NCBI GenBank assembly: GCA_030646675.1
Contig: JAUSKX010000006.1
Location: 1-44,828, forward strand
Length of the DNA: 44,828 bases
DNA from: Candidatus Azambacteria bacterium
Lineage (GTDB): Bacteria; Patescibacteriota; Minisyncoccia; UBA10092
Direction: 5' to 3'
Below the pieces are notes generated by a model. It ran no database searches and was not told the DNA's origin. It worked only from the letters and a program-made list of their open reading frames with translations. How positions within the stretch are numbered: position 1 is the stretch's first letter; every line of letters begins with the position of its first letter. The position numbers were made by a program, and so were the translations under genes. Positions 17,130 to 26,645 of the stretch are shown in pieces.

Positions 17130-17458
17130 ATGAAAAAAATTTCATTTTTATTATAGAGCTAGATCGAAATGCGATTGGTCATGTCTCTTTAGTGAAAAGA
17201 AAAAACGGTTGGTATGAAACCCAAATTATTATAGGCGAAAAGAAATATTGGAATAAAAACTACGGGACAAAAGCCATTCAACTGCTTATTAAAAAAGCAA
17301 AAAAGCTTGGAATTTTAAAAATTTATTTAGAAGTTAGGCCGAATAATCTTAGGGCAATTGCAACTTATGAAAAATGCGGATTTAAAAAATCAAGAATTAA
17401 AAAATATCCTAAGAATAAATATCTGCCAGAAACACTAAGAATGGAACTAAAAAAATAA
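17130..17458 (+). pseudogene. RimJ/RimL-type GNAT acetyltransferase, apparently frameshifted in an A7 tract
   Basis: YWNKNYGTKA and NLRAIATYEKCGF motifs; the ATG at 17130 would join this frame only with A8. Confidence 0.6.
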
Positions 17459-17487
17459 AACGGCTTCACCCTTTAACGACTCGCATG

Positions 17488-18099
17488 TTATTCAATTAGT
17501 GTTTTTTCGCCTTCTTTTATTAAAATTGCCTGAGAATTGGTTAACCTCTCAATTTTAACATTATTTTTACTTTCAAATAATTTAATTTCTTCCTCAAATT
17601 CAGAGGAATAATGAGGAAAAACAATTAAATCTATGATATTAAAACCATTAAAGTCAGTAAGGCCAACTTCATTTATATCGGGATGAATTTCATTTGCTAT
17701 TTGAATTGAGGGGCCTATTATAAGACTGCCCGCGCTGACTCCGATATATATGCCATCTCTCTTTAATAATGACTCTACTTCATTATCAAAATTCATTTCT
17801 CTGGCGAATTTCATTAGTTTGAAAGTATTACCTCCGCAAACATATATAACATCATATTGGGAAAGGTCTTTTAGTCCTTCATTTTCAAAATCATAAAAAT
17901 CAAGAATATCAAAACCAGCTGATTTTAATTGAGATAAAGCTAATTGAGAATATTGATTATTTTCTTTATCGGAAGAAGCCGTAGTGATAATTACTACTTT
18001 CTTAAAACCTTTTGAATCAGCAATTTCCTTAAACTTGTCATACACATTTTTGCTGGAAAGACCTGTTGACGTGAGAAAAATAATTCCTAATTTATTAAT
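17488..18099 (-). CDS. Peptidase E / S51 family (class I GATase-like)
   Basis: IYVCGGNT, GVSAGS, FPHY; an FLTSTG N-terminal strand lies upstream of the GTG at 18045, so the start is uncertain. Confidence 0.8.
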   Translation of the reverse strand: MNKLGIIFLTSTGLSSKNVYDKFKEIADSKGFKKVVIITTASSDKENNQYSQLALSQLKSAGFDILDFYDFENEGLKDLSQYDVIYVCGGNTFKLMKFAREMNFDNEVESLLKRDGIYIGVSAGSLIIGPSIQIANEIHPDINEVGLTDFNGFNIIDLIVFPHYSSEFEEEIKLFESKNNVKIERLTNSQAILIKEGEKTLIE

Positions 18100-18121
18100 A
18101 GATTTGATTGATAATTATTTT

Positions 18122-19180
18122 TTATTTCATTTCTTCCAGAATAACGGTGGCAGAAACCTCTCCTTCATTGCGTCTCAAGATTTTTAGTTTAATCTCGTCG
18201 CCAACTTCGTGTTTTTGGATTAAGTCGGCAAGCGGCAAATCTTTGGTTATTTTTTGTTCGTCAACTTCAAGAATAATATCGTGTTCCAAAATTCCGGCTT
18301 TGCCGGCGGGGCTGTCGGGCAGAACACCGTAATCACCCGGCGTGGCTTCCGGAGTAACCATTGCGCCGTAATCAACTGGCAAATTGTGCCTCATTTTCAA
18401 AACGGGGTCTATCGTTATATAGCGCAGCCCAAGAAAAGGGGCGCGAATGTGTCCATATTTTTTGATATCGGCCAAGGCTTTCTTGGCGGCATTGATAGGA
18501 ATGGCAAACCCAATATTTTGAGCGCCGAAAACAACAGCTGAATTGATGCCTATAGCTTCGCCATCAGCATCAACCAACGGCCCGCCGGAATTACCTGGAT
18601 TAATCGCGGCATCGGTTTGAATCACTCCGCGGAGCTCTTGTTGCTGGCCGTTAGCACCGGCTTGAGCGGTAATGTGTCGTGAAAGGCCTGAAATAATGCC
18701 CGTTGAAACCGTATTTTGAAATTGACCCAACGCGTTGCCGATAGCGACAACCGCTTGCCCCAATTCCAAGTCCGATGATTCGCCAAGTTCTATGTGTGTT
18801 AATCCCTCTGCTTCAATTTTCAAAATGGCCACATCATTGATGGGGTCGCGCGCTACCACTTTGGCGTGAAACTTTTTATTTTCACTTGTAACGACCGTGT
18901 AATCGGCTTTCGGGTCGACGACCACATGCTTATTGGTTAATACGAATCCGTCCGGTGAAACAATAAAACCCGAACCGCCGCCGACTTTAATCCGACCGTG
19001 TTCATCAAACATTTCCGGCGGAATTTGTTTGTATAATTCTTTAGGGTCAAAACCAAACGGGAGAAAAGGAAAAAAATCGGGAAAGTTTTCTAAATTAGGC
19101 AAATTTTTGGCAATGACAATCGAAACTACGGCGGGCAGGCATTTTTTAACTATTTTGACAACCGGTGATTTTTCTGACAT
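18122..19180 (-). CDS. htrA: HtrA/DegP-family serine protease with a PDZ domain
   Basis: GSGF, LTNKHVV, DAAINPGNSGGPL, PDZ. Confidence 0.9.
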   Translation of the reverse strand: MSEKSPVVKIVKKCLPAVVSIVIAKNLPNLENFPDFFPFLPFGFDPKELYKQIPPEMFDEHGRIKVGGGSGFIVSPDGFVLTNKHVVVDPKADYTVVTSENKKFHAKVVARDPINDVAILKIEAEGLTHIELGESSDLELGQAVVAIGNALGQFQNTVSTGIISGLSRHITAQAGANGQQQELRGVIQTDAAINPGNSGGPLVDADGEAIGINSAVVFGAQNIGFAIPINAAKKALADIKKYGHIRAPFLGLRYITIDPVLKMRHNLPVDYGAMVTPEATPGDYGVLPDSPAGKAGILEHDIILEVDEQKITKDLPLADLIQKHEVGDEIKLKILRRNEGEVSATVILEEMK

Positions 19181-19328
19181 AAATTTTTTAATTGAAAATT
19201 AATATTATATATCTTCGCTATACTCGATATAACTGGTTCGCTCGGTCAAAGAGAATAAATTCTCTTTACCTCGCTGCCAGTTATGAGATAGTATATTGTA
19301 TAACATAAGAATTGTAAATAAAAATTTA

Positions 19329-19400
19329 GTCCCTATCGTTCAACGGACAGGACGAGGGTTTCCTAAACCCTAAATCCAGGTTCGATTCCTGGTGGGGACA
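19329..19400 (+). tRNA. tRNA-Arg(CCU)
   Basis: GTCCCTA acceptor, TTCCTAA loop. Confidence 0.93.
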
Positions 19401-19442
19401 TAAAAATTTGCGTTCTTACAATAAGTAAATTATAGTAAAAAT

Positions 19443-19787
19443 ATGAAACAGGTTAAGAAATTAAAAACAAAAGAAAAAAAAGAAACAGGAATTCGAGATG
19501 AAATCCGAAGTCTTGGCGTGATGATTGAGCATGTAGATACTCAAGTTTCGCTTGTCGCGGAGCAATATGGAGATATCAAAAAAACTTTGGACAGCCACAC
19601 TAAGATTTTGGACAGTCATACCGAAACTTTAGACAGCCACACTGAAATGATTGGTTCCATGAAAATGGACATTGAGGTAATCAAGGCAGACTTAGCTTTC
19701 ATTAAAGGAGGTCTTAAGAGAAAAATTGATGTCGAGGAATTTTCGGTTCTTGAAAGACGGGTCGCTTTGCTTGAACGACATCGTTAA
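19443..19787 (+). CDS. Hypothetical coiled-coil protein with LDSHT heptad repeats
   Basis: LDSHTKI-LDSHTET-LDSHTEM. Confidence 0.7.
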   Translation: MKQVKKLKTKEKKETGIRDEIRSLGVMIEHVDTQVSLVAEQYGDIKKTLDSHTKILDSHTETLDSHTEMIGSMKMDIEVIKADLAFIKGGLKRKIDVEEFSVLERRVALLERHR

Positions 19788-19799
19788 AATCCATAAAAA

Positions 19800-19870
19800 G
19801 GGCCTATGGTCTAATGGCATGACACGTCCATGGCATGGACGGGACGGGAGTCCGATTCTCCCTAGGTCCA
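19800..19870 (+). tRNA. tRNA-Ala(GGC)
   Basis: GGGCCTA/TAGGTCC acceptor, ATGGCAT loop, T-loop TCCGATT. Confidence 0.92.
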
Positions 19871-19934
19871 CAGAGATTTGACAAAACGATTATTTTATGC
19901 CTATACTGGTTAAGTTCTTTTTAGGAGGATAATT

Positions 19935-20195
19935 ATGAACATTATAGTTGTGGAAAAAGATTTTTGTCCGAATTGTTTTACGGGGAAAGTGGAAAGAGAC
20001 AATTTTCATCGATTTGGCCTATGTAGTAAAAAATGCGGAATATTACTGGGGATTCCATCCATTAAAGAAATAAGGGAAAAGGTCTCCATAATTTATGTAC
20101 AAATTGGGAACGAGCCTAAGGAAAAAATGACTTGGGAACATTTTCTTAGTTTGTCCAAAGTGGATAGGGATTCTTGCTTAGGTTATGCGAGATAA
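19935..20195 (+). CDS. Small hypothetical Zn-ribbon-like protein
   Basis: CPNC...CSKKC; SD AGGAGG; promoter-like sequence upstream and terminator near 20208-20238. Confidence 0.65.
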   Translation: MNIIVVEKDFCPNCFTGKVERDNFHRFGLCSKKCGILLGIPSIKEIREKVSIIYVQIGNEPKEKMTWEHFLSLSKVDRDSCLGYAR

Positions 20196-20287
20196 GAAAT
20201 TTCTAATAGGGGGCGGCTTCGCCGCCCTTTTTTATTTTGTGTTGAAAAAAATATTTTATTAGGTTAATATACAGGTTGAAAAAGTTT

Positions 20288-20359
20288 GCCGCGGTAGCTC
20301 AGTGGCAGAGCGCAGCCCTGAAGAGGCTGGCGTCGTCAGTTCGATTCTGACCCGCGGCA
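20288..20359 (+). tRNA. tRNA-Phe(GAA)
   Basis: GCCGCGG acceptor, CTGAAGA loop. Confidence 0.93.
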
Positions 20360-20365
20360 TATATA

Positions 20366-20397
20366 AAAATCCCCCGCTTAGGCGGGGGGATTTTTTG
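20366..20397 (+). terminator. Intrinsic terminator
   Basis: aaaatcccccc...ggggggatttttt. Confidence 0.7.
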
Positions 20398-20411
20398 TGC
20401 TGTATTATATT

Positions 20412-21101
20412 TTACAATCCGAAAACTTTTAAGAAATTTTTGAATAATGTCGATGGTTTCGCGGATGGAGTTGCAGCCGATTGAGAAGCTGTTTCTTCGG
20501 CTGGTTTTTCTTGAAGAATTATAATGGGTTTGACGAGAATCGAAAGCACATTACTTATCGCACCAGTGGCTTTATCGAAGACGCCTTTTATCGTAATCTG
20601 CGAACCTTTGACAAGCGGAGTTTTCACAACAACTTCACTGCCATTCGTCAAAGTCAACGTGAATCCGTCATCGGCTATTTTTTTGATGGTACCGGAAAAT
20701 GATTGATGATAATCCTTAACACTCAAGTTTCTAATCACTGCCGCTCTTATGGTTTTTGAATCGGCCGAAAGCCAGCCGGAAACATTAATTTTTTCTCCGG
20801 CCTGAAAATCGGACAACAACGCCGGCTCCTGATTTACTCCCAAAAGAGTAGTTCTTTCTTCGATTTGGATTAAGTAATTGTTATTTTCGGTTGTTTTTTC
20901 ATTCTTTTGGATGGCCTCGATAACGGTTGGCGGCTCGTCCACGGACGGGCTTTTGAAAATCTCCAAATCATTAAATTGATGAAAACCAGCCGGAGTTGTG
21001 CTCACGTTTTCAACAGCGAGAACGCCAGGAGCATAAAACAGAAAAACCCCTAAAAATAGGCCTAAAACCGCCAAAAAACAGACATTTTTATAAGCTTTCA
21101 T
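20412..21101 (-). CDS. Secreted hypothetical protein (OB-fold-like beta repeats)
   Basis: Signal peptide; GEKINVSG and KGSQITIKG repeats. Confidence 0.7.
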   Translation of the reverse strand: MKAYKNVCFLAVLGLFLGVFLFYAPGVLAVENVSTTPAGFHQFNDLEIFKSPSVDEPPTVIEAIQKNEKTTENNNYLIQIEERTTLLGVNQEPALLSDFQAGEKINVSGWLSADSKTIRAAVIRNLSVKDYHQSFSGTIKKIADDGFTLTLTNGSEVVVKTPLVKGSQITIKGVFDKATGAISNVLSILVKPIIILQEKPAEETASQSAATPSAKPSTLFKNFLKVFGL

Positions 21102-21228
21102 AGGTATTTTATTATGTTTAAATATTAATTCCCGTTTAATTTTCTACGGGCACTTTTAATGCTACAACAGGGCAGCCAAACGCGCAATAGTTGCCAAATG
21201 ATGAAAATTTGTTAGAATACCAGACATC

Positions 21229-21299
21229 GCGGGTGTCGTATAATGGTATTATGCGTCCTTGCCAAGGACGAAACACGGGTCCGATTCCCGTCACCCGCT
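21229..21299 (+). tRNA. tRNA-Gly(GCC)
   Basis: GCGGGTG acceptor, TTGCCAA loop, U73, T-loop TCCGATT. Confidence 0.94.
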
Positions 21300-21424
21300 T
21301 AGCTAAAATAAAATTCTCCCTCGCGGAGAATTTTATTTTTTTGACAAAAAGATTTTTATCTGCTATCATCTAACGAGTTAATTAATCGTTTAGCTAATGT
21401 CTAAATTTTTAGGAAATTACAAAT

Positions 21425-22948
21425 ATGACTTTGAACTTAATTATCGGCGCCTTTGCTTTGGCGGCAGGGGCAGCTTTGGGTTATTTAATCCGCCAATTGC
21501 TGGCAACTCGCAATGCTAATTCAGTAGAGGCGACAATAAAACGCCAGCTTGAAGAAACGAGAACGCAAGCCAAAGAGGCCTTACTTGAAGCAAAAGACAA
21601 GGCTGTAAAAATACTTGAAGACGCAAAAAGCCAAGAGCGCGAGCAGTTGGGTCTTTTGGCGCGCCAGGAAGACCGTTTGAACATTCAGTTTAAGAAAATT
21701 GAACAAAAGGAAAACGAGCTGGAAAATGGCAAAAAAGATTTGGAACGCCAAGCGGACCAGATTAAAATCATTCATCAGGAAGCTGACGCTTTGAAAAAGA
21801 AAAGCGAGGAAATCGTGGAACAAGCTTCCGGTTTGAGCCGCGAAGAAGCGAAGGCGAAATTATTCAGCCAGATTGAAGAAGAATCGCGGACAGACCTTAT
21901 AACTTCCGTTAAAAAACTTGAGAAAAACCGTATTGAAGAACTGGAAAAAAAGGCGCGCGAAATTATGACTATAGCGGTTCAGCGCTACGCGCGTTCACAC
22001 ATAAGTGAAATAACCACTTCAACGGTAAGTCTTCCGTCGGATGAATTAAAAGGACGGATTATCGGTAAAGAAGGCCGGAATATCCGCGCTCTTGAACGTT
22101 TAACCGGCGTTGAGGTAATCGTTGACGAAACTCCGGAATCGATAACTCTTTCTTCTTTTGACCCGTTGAGGCGGGAAATCGCCAAAATTGCGCTTTTGAA
22201 ATTGATGAGCGACGGCCGCATCCAGCCGGCAAAAATTGAAGAAAAAGTTGAAGAAGCCAAAAAAGAAATTACAAAAAAAGTTCTTGAAGCCGGCGAAATG
22301 GCCACATACGAGGTTGGAATTTTGGACTTGCCGAAAGAAATCACCATGCTTTTGGGCCGCCTGGCTTATCGCACCAGTTACGGACAAAACGTTTTAATTC
22401 ACTCAATTGAAATGGCGCATATCGCCAATATGATTGCCAGGGAGCTTGGCATAAATGCCGAAGTGGCCAAAAAGGCGGCCTTACTTCACGATATCGGCAA
22501 GGCGGTTGACCATGAAATTGAAGGCACGCATTTGGAACTCGGAAGAAAAATCTTACAGAAATACGGAATTAATCCGGAAGTCATTCAGGCGATGGAATCG
22601 CATCATGAAGATTATCCTTTTGCGACACCGGAATCGTTTGTCGTGGCGGCAGCCGATATTATTTCCGGCGCCCGTCCCGGCGCCCGCCGCGATTCAGTTG
22701 AAAATTACATCAAGCGCTTGACCGAACTTGAAAATATTGCCAATTCTTTTCCCGGCGTTGAAAAATCCTACGCGATTTCCGCCGGAAGGGAAATAAGAAT
22801 TTTCGTCCAGCCGGAAAAAATTGACGATTTCAAAGCCCTGCAACTCGCCAAAGAAATGGCGAAAAGAATAGAAAGCGAATTGAAATATCCGGGCGAAATC
22901 AAGGTTAATATCATCCGTGAAACGCGGGCGGTTGAATATGCGAGGTAA
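21425..22948 (+). CDS. rny: Ribonuclease Y
   Basis: N-terminal TM, coiled coil, KH (KGRIIGKEGRNIR), HD (LLHDIGK). Confidence 0.97.
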   Translation: MTLNLIIGAFALAAGAALGYLIRQLLATRNANSVEATIKRQLEETRTQAKEALLEAKDKAVKILEDAKSQEREQLGLLARQEDRLNIQFKKIEQKENELENGKKDLERQADQIKIIHQEADALKKKSEEIVEQASGLSREEAKAKLFSQIEEESRTDLITSVKKLEKNRIEELEKKAREIMTIAVQRYARSHISEITTSTVSLPSDELKGRIIGKEGRNIRALERLTGVEVIVDETPESITLSSFDPLRREIAKIALLKLMSDGRIQPAKIEEKVEEAKKEITKKVLEAGEMATYEVGILDLPKEITMLLGRLAYRTSYGQNVLIHSIEMAHIANMIARELGINAEVAKKAALLHDIGKAVDHEIEGTHLELGRKILQKYGINPEVIQAMESHHEDYPFATPESFVVAAADIISGARPGARRDSVENYIKRLTELENIANSFPGVEKSYAISAGREIRIFVQPEKIDDFKALQLAKEMAKRIESELKYPGEIKVNIIRETRAVEYAR

Positions 22949-22994
22949 TTAGTTTAAAATTTAAAATTGAAAATTTAAAATTAAATATCAAAAT

Positions 22995-23267
22995 ATGAAC
23001 AAAGATAAACTTGTAGATTTGGTTTCGTTCAAACTTGGCTCAACCAAGGCTGAAGCCGAAAGGGCCATAAATGCCATTCTTGGCGAAGTTTCAAACGCTT
23101 TGTCGCGAGGCGAAGAAGTATCTTTTACCGGATTTGGAACGTTTGCCGTGTCTTCAAGACAGGCTCGCGCGGGCGTTAATCCGCGGACCGGCGAGAAAAT
23201 CCAAATCGCCGCCGTGAAAGTTCCCAAGTTCCGCGCCGGCAAAAACCTCAAAGAAGCGGTGAGATAA
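22995..23267 (+). CDS. hup: DNA-binding protein HU
   Basis: GFGTF, GVNPRTGE, PKFRAGKNLK. Confidence 0.95.
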   Translation: MNKDKLVDLVSFKLGSTKAEAERAINAILGEVSNALSRGEEVSFTGFGTFAVSSRQARAGVNPRTGEKIQIAAVKVPKFRAGKNLKEAVR

Positions 23268-23337
23268 GCGGGTAAGGAGAGTCGGACTCCTGTCAACAGG
23301 TTGGAAACCTGTGGTAATACCGTTATACGATACCCGC
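23267..23337 (-). tRNA. tRNA-Gly(UCC)
   Basis: GCGGGTA acceptor, TTTCCAA loop, T-loop TCCGACT. Confidence 0.93.
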
Positions 23338-23375
23338 CTTCGCTCGCCGTAGCGAGCTTCGGCGGGCAAGCCCGC
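23333..23375. repeat. REP-like palindrome
   Basis: cccgccttcgctcgccgtagcgagcttcggcgggcaagcccgc. Confidence 0.7.
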
Positions 23376-23416
23376 TGAAATCGCGTAGGCGAGAATAGAA
23401 TTTATTCTACGCAAAA

Positions 23417-23450
23417 AAATACACTCTCGCAAGTTTGCGAGAGTGTATTT
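23417..23450 (-). terminator. Intrinsic terminator of the sigma/anti-sigma pair
   Basis: aaatacactctcgcaa-gt-ttgcgagagtgtattt perfect hairpin. Confidence 0.75.
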
Positions 23451-23478
23451 TGTTTATGTGTTTGTAAGCGACCTTTCT

Positions 23479-23859
23479 CTAATTGTGTAACGACTGGCTT
23501 GCTAAGTTGGTTTCGGCATTTGATAAAGACAATTGGGTAAATGATGTTATTAAGTTCTTGAAAAGCAAAATAACCATTGCTAAAACTCCCAAAACCGATA
23601 TCTGCACGATAAATTCGGTTCCGGTAAATGTGTTCCAGGCGAAGGCGGACCATATAGCAGGGTCGATTGAACTATTGGCCAAAATCTGGCTCGCGTATTG
23701 CAAAACTTTGGAAACAAAAACATTATTGCCTATTAAATAGGCAAAAACGGCGAATAATGAAAATTCGGTTATAAAATAAGGGGCCACTTTTTTTATAAAC
23801 CAAATAAAATAAACCCGTTTCATCACCCGAATGCAAAGCGTATTGTTATTTTTTATCAT
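23479..23859 (-). CDS. Small membrane protein, putative anti-sigma factor
   Basis: Two hydrophobic segments; overlaps the 3' end of the ECF sigma gene. Confidence 0.6.
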   Translation of the reverse strand: MIKNNNTLCIRVMKRVYFIWFIKKVAPYFITEFSLFAVFAYLIGNNVFVSKVLQYASQILANSSIDPAIWSAFAWNTFTGTEFIVQISVLGVLAMVILLFKNLITSFTQLSLSNAETNLASQSLHN

Positions 23860-24427
23860 CTTTTTTTTCTTGGACTATATTTTTCAAAAACTTCTTGGCT
23901 CTGAAAAGTTTCATTTTAAGAGCCGCCATTGTTATACCTTCTTGTTTGGCTATTTCTTTATATGGCTTGTCTTCAATATAGTACAACGAAACCAGGCGGG
24001 CTAAAGGTTTCGGCAGGCGGGAGAGCAGTTCGGCTGTGAGCGACTTATTTTCACTTTCCAAAATAATATTTTCGGTTGAAAGCTCGCTATTTTCAGCCGT
24101 TTCCAAATCTAGCGGGTCGTTTGATTCCGCTTGCCACTTTTTGCTTATTTTCCGGTATCGGCTGATAGCGGTATTAACCAAAATTCTGTAAGCCCAGCTT
24201 TTGAATTCTATGCCGTCCATTTTTTTGAATTTTTTGCCGTTGAAATAAATTTTGACAAATGTTTCTTGGACGATATCCTCGGCTTCTTCCTGTTGCCTGA
24301 CGATGCCGAGCGCTTTTCTTATAAACGCCCCCTGATAGCGGGCAACCAAAATTCTAAACAGCGCCGGTTGTTCCAGCGACGCGGTTAATATCTCTTCGTC
24401 TTTTAAATTGTTTTCCACTTCGTTCAT
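23846..24427 (-). CDS. ECF sigma-70 factor
   Basis: AEDIVQETF, KSWAYRILVN, region 4 YKEIA...KMKLFRAK; ATG at 24427 (the track start lies inside the tRNA). Confidence 0.9.
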   Translation of the reverse strand: MNEVENNLKDEEILTASLEQPALFRILVARYQGAFIRKALGIVRQQEEAEDIVQETFVKIYFNGKKFKKMDGIEFKSWAYRILVNTAISRYRKISKKWQAESNDPLDLETAENSELSTENIILESENKSLTAELLSRLPKPLARLVSLYYIEDKPYKEIAKQEGITMAALKMKLFRAKKFLKNIVQEKKDDKK

Positions 24428-24498
24428 TCGGGCTGCTGGGAATTGAACCCAGATTACACGCACCCGAAGCGTGCGTAATGCCGTTATACCACAGCCCG
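24428..24498 (-). tRNA. tRNA-Pro(CGG)
   Basis: CGGGCTG acceptor, TTCGGGT loop. Confidence 0.94.
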
Positions 24499-24501
24499 CA
24501 A

Positions 24502-25944
24502 CTAAACTTTGAACTTGCTTTTTATGCTCTTGAATTCCTCTTCCGCCACTTCCTGCGTTTTATCCTGAGCCATTTTGAACATTTTTTCAAGTTTTTCTAA
24601 TGGTTCCTTGTCCAATTCTTTGGCGCGTTTTAGCAAGTATTCTTTTTTGTTATTTTTCGGCTCATCAAGAACTTCATCCAATAATATATTGAGAAGATAG
24701 CCCATTTTAGGGCCGGGTTTCATATTTAATTCTTTCATCAAATTATCGCCATTGATTTTTAGCATTTTAACCGAAATCGGGTCGCGGGAAACTTTTTCAA
24801 TAATTGCCCGCAAGTGCCGCAACTTATACGGTTCCGCTTTGGGAACGCCGGAACCCTTGCGGTCGGCGATGCGCACTTCCAAAAGGTCATCCATATTTTC
24901 CGGGCCGACATTTCTGACAAGCCGCCGCACCGAACTCTCGCCGACTTCTTCAACATTGTAATAAAACAAATGGTAGCGTACCAAGAGAACGACCTTCTCG
25001 ATAAATTTTTTGGGAAATTTTAACCGTTCAAGAATTTTGGCGGTAATTCTGGCGCCGACAACTTCGTGATTGTAAAAAGTTGAATCCGGGCCATCGCCCT
25101 GTTTGGTTTTCGGCTTTCCAACATCATGCAAAAGCGACGCCACCCGGTTTTCAAGCTTGTAATCGTGCTTTGCCGCCCAATCCAATGCCAGCAGATTGTG
25201 TTCCCAGACGGTATATATATGGTGCTTGTTTTGTCCGACGCCGAATCCTTCTTCTACTTCCGGCAATATATGTTTCAAAAGTCCGAACTCGCGCAAGATT
25301 TCAATGCCGCGCTTGGCGTTTTCAGTCTGTATTATTTTTATCAATTCATCGCGGATTCTTTCTTTGGAAATAGCCACAATATCGTTGCTATTATTTTTGA
25401 TAGCCTCGGCGGTTTTTGGTTCTATTGAAAAATTTAATTGAACGGCGAACCGCGCGGCGCGCATCAAGCGCAAGGCGTCTTCATTAAATCGTTTGTCCGG
25501 CTCGCCGACCGCGCGGATGATTTTCTTTTTCAGGTCTTCCTGTCCGCCAAAAGGGTCGATAAATTTTTTCCCATCGTAAGCAATGGCGTTAATCGTAAAA
25601 TCGCGCCGCGCCAAATCGTCTTCAAGTTTTTTGGTGAATTTAACTTCGTCGGGATGGCGTTTGTCGGAATATTTTTCTTCAAGGCGATAGGTAGTGATTT
25701 CTATTATTTTCAAATTTTCATTTTCGCTTTCGGTATTTACTGCAACGGTGCCGAAATCATTTTCGTAAACGCTGTGCGTAAAAATTTTTTGAATTTCTTC
25801 CGGCTTGGCATTGGTGGTAACGTCCCAATCGCTCGGTTCTCGGCCCAATATAAAATCGCGGACGCAACCGCCGACCGCGTACGCCTCAAACCCCGCCCCC
25901 TCCAGCGCCTTTATAATCTCTTTTACTTCTTTGGGTAATACCAT
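24502..25944 (-). CDS. cca: CCA tRNA nucleotidyltransferase with an HD domain
   Basis: VGGCVRD..DWD, DLARRDFTINA, EDALRLMRA.RF, LHDVGK. Confidence 0.92.
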   Translation of the reverse strand: MVLPKEVKEIIKALEGAGFEAYAVGGCVRDFILGREPSDWDVTTNAKPEEIQKIFTHSVYENDFGTVAVNTESENENLKIIEITTYRLEEKYSDKRHPDEVKFTKKLEDDLARRDFTINAIAYDGKKFIDPFGGQEDLKKKIIRAVGEPDKRFNEDALRLMRAARFAVQLNFSIEPKTAEAIKNNSNDIVAISKERIRDELIKIIQTENAKRGIEILREFGLLKHILPEVEEGFGVGQNKHHIYTVWEHNLLALDWAAKHDYKLENRVASLLHDVGKPKTKQGDGPDSTFYNHEVVGARITAKILERLKFPKKFIEKVVLLVRYHLFYYNVEEVGESSVRRLVRNVGPENMDDLLEVRIADRKGSGVPKAEPYKLRHLRAIIEKVSRDPISVKMLKINGDNLMKELNMKPGPKMGYLLNILLDEVLDEPKNNKKEYLLKRAKELDKEPLEKLEKMFKMAQDKTQEVAEEEFKSIKSKFKV

Positions 25945-25999
25945 AGTTAAAAGGTTATTCTGGTTAGATTCTACGTTAAAAGTGTTAAATTAACAACTG

Positions 26000-26039
26000 A
26001 ATTGCATGTTAATATCCGATCGGTTGATAACATGCAATT
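26000..26039. repeat. 40-bp palindrome, left flank of the PaaX-like gene
   Basis: aattgcatgttaatatccgatcggttgataacatgcaatt. Confidence 0.85.
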
Positions 26040-26059
26040 TGTATAATATACTAATATTA

Positions 26060-26611
26060 ATGGAACGAATGGGCTCAATGTCTAAAAAGATTTTGCTTCT
26101 TTTAATGGGAGGCGCTTCTTTGAGTTTAACAAGAAGGCCGGACGCGTATTTTAGAGTTGTTAAAAACATTGCTAAAGAGTGGCGTAAAATAAACGAAAGA
26201 AATCTGAGAATCGCGATAAAAAATCTCTATAAATCAAAAATGGTTGATTATAAAGAAAATGGCGATGGGACGGTTGACCTTGTCTTGTCCGAAGGAGGGA
26301 AAAGCAAGATTTTAAAATATAATTTAGATAAGATAGAGATTAAAAAACCGGCTCAATGGGACAAATTATGGCGGTTGGTTATTTTTGATATTCCCGAAGA
26401 TAAAAATATGGGAAGAAAAGCATTGGGAGTCAAATTAAAAGAGCTCGGTTTTTATCCAATGCAAAAAAGCGTATTTATCCATCCTTATGAGTGCAAGGAT
26501 GAGATAGATTTCATTACCGAAATGTTTGAACTGTCGCCTTATGTGAGATTTTTAAGAGTTAGGGATGTTGATATAGAACTAGATCTTAAAGAGCGGTTTC
26601 ATCTGCTTTAA
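26060..26611 (+). CDS. PaaX-like protein (wHTH + Cas2-like central domain)
   Basis: WDKLWRLVIFDIPE, LKELGFYPMQKSVF; start placed after TATAAT at 26042. Confidence 0.8.
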   Translation: MERMGSMSKKILLLLMGGASLSLTRRPDAYFRVVKNIAKEWRKINERNLRIAIKNLYKSKMVDYKENGDGTVDLVLSEGGKSKILKYNLDKIEIKKPAQWDKLWRLVIFDIPEDKNMGRKALGVKLKELGFYPMQKSVFIHPYECKDEIDFITEMFELSPYVRFLRVRDVDIELDLKERFHLL

Positions 26612-26645
26612 TTTTTTCAGTCCTGCAATATTTATGTCATTTCTG

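Noticed and set aside
3742..18120. Prophage or integrative element
   Set aside because: No integrase, phage structural genes or matching att direct repeats seen.
21136..21369. 77-aa ORF ending NYCAFGCPVVALK (ferredoxin-like)
   Set aside because: Mostly antisense to tRNA-Gly and has only half a Cys motif; at most a remnant.
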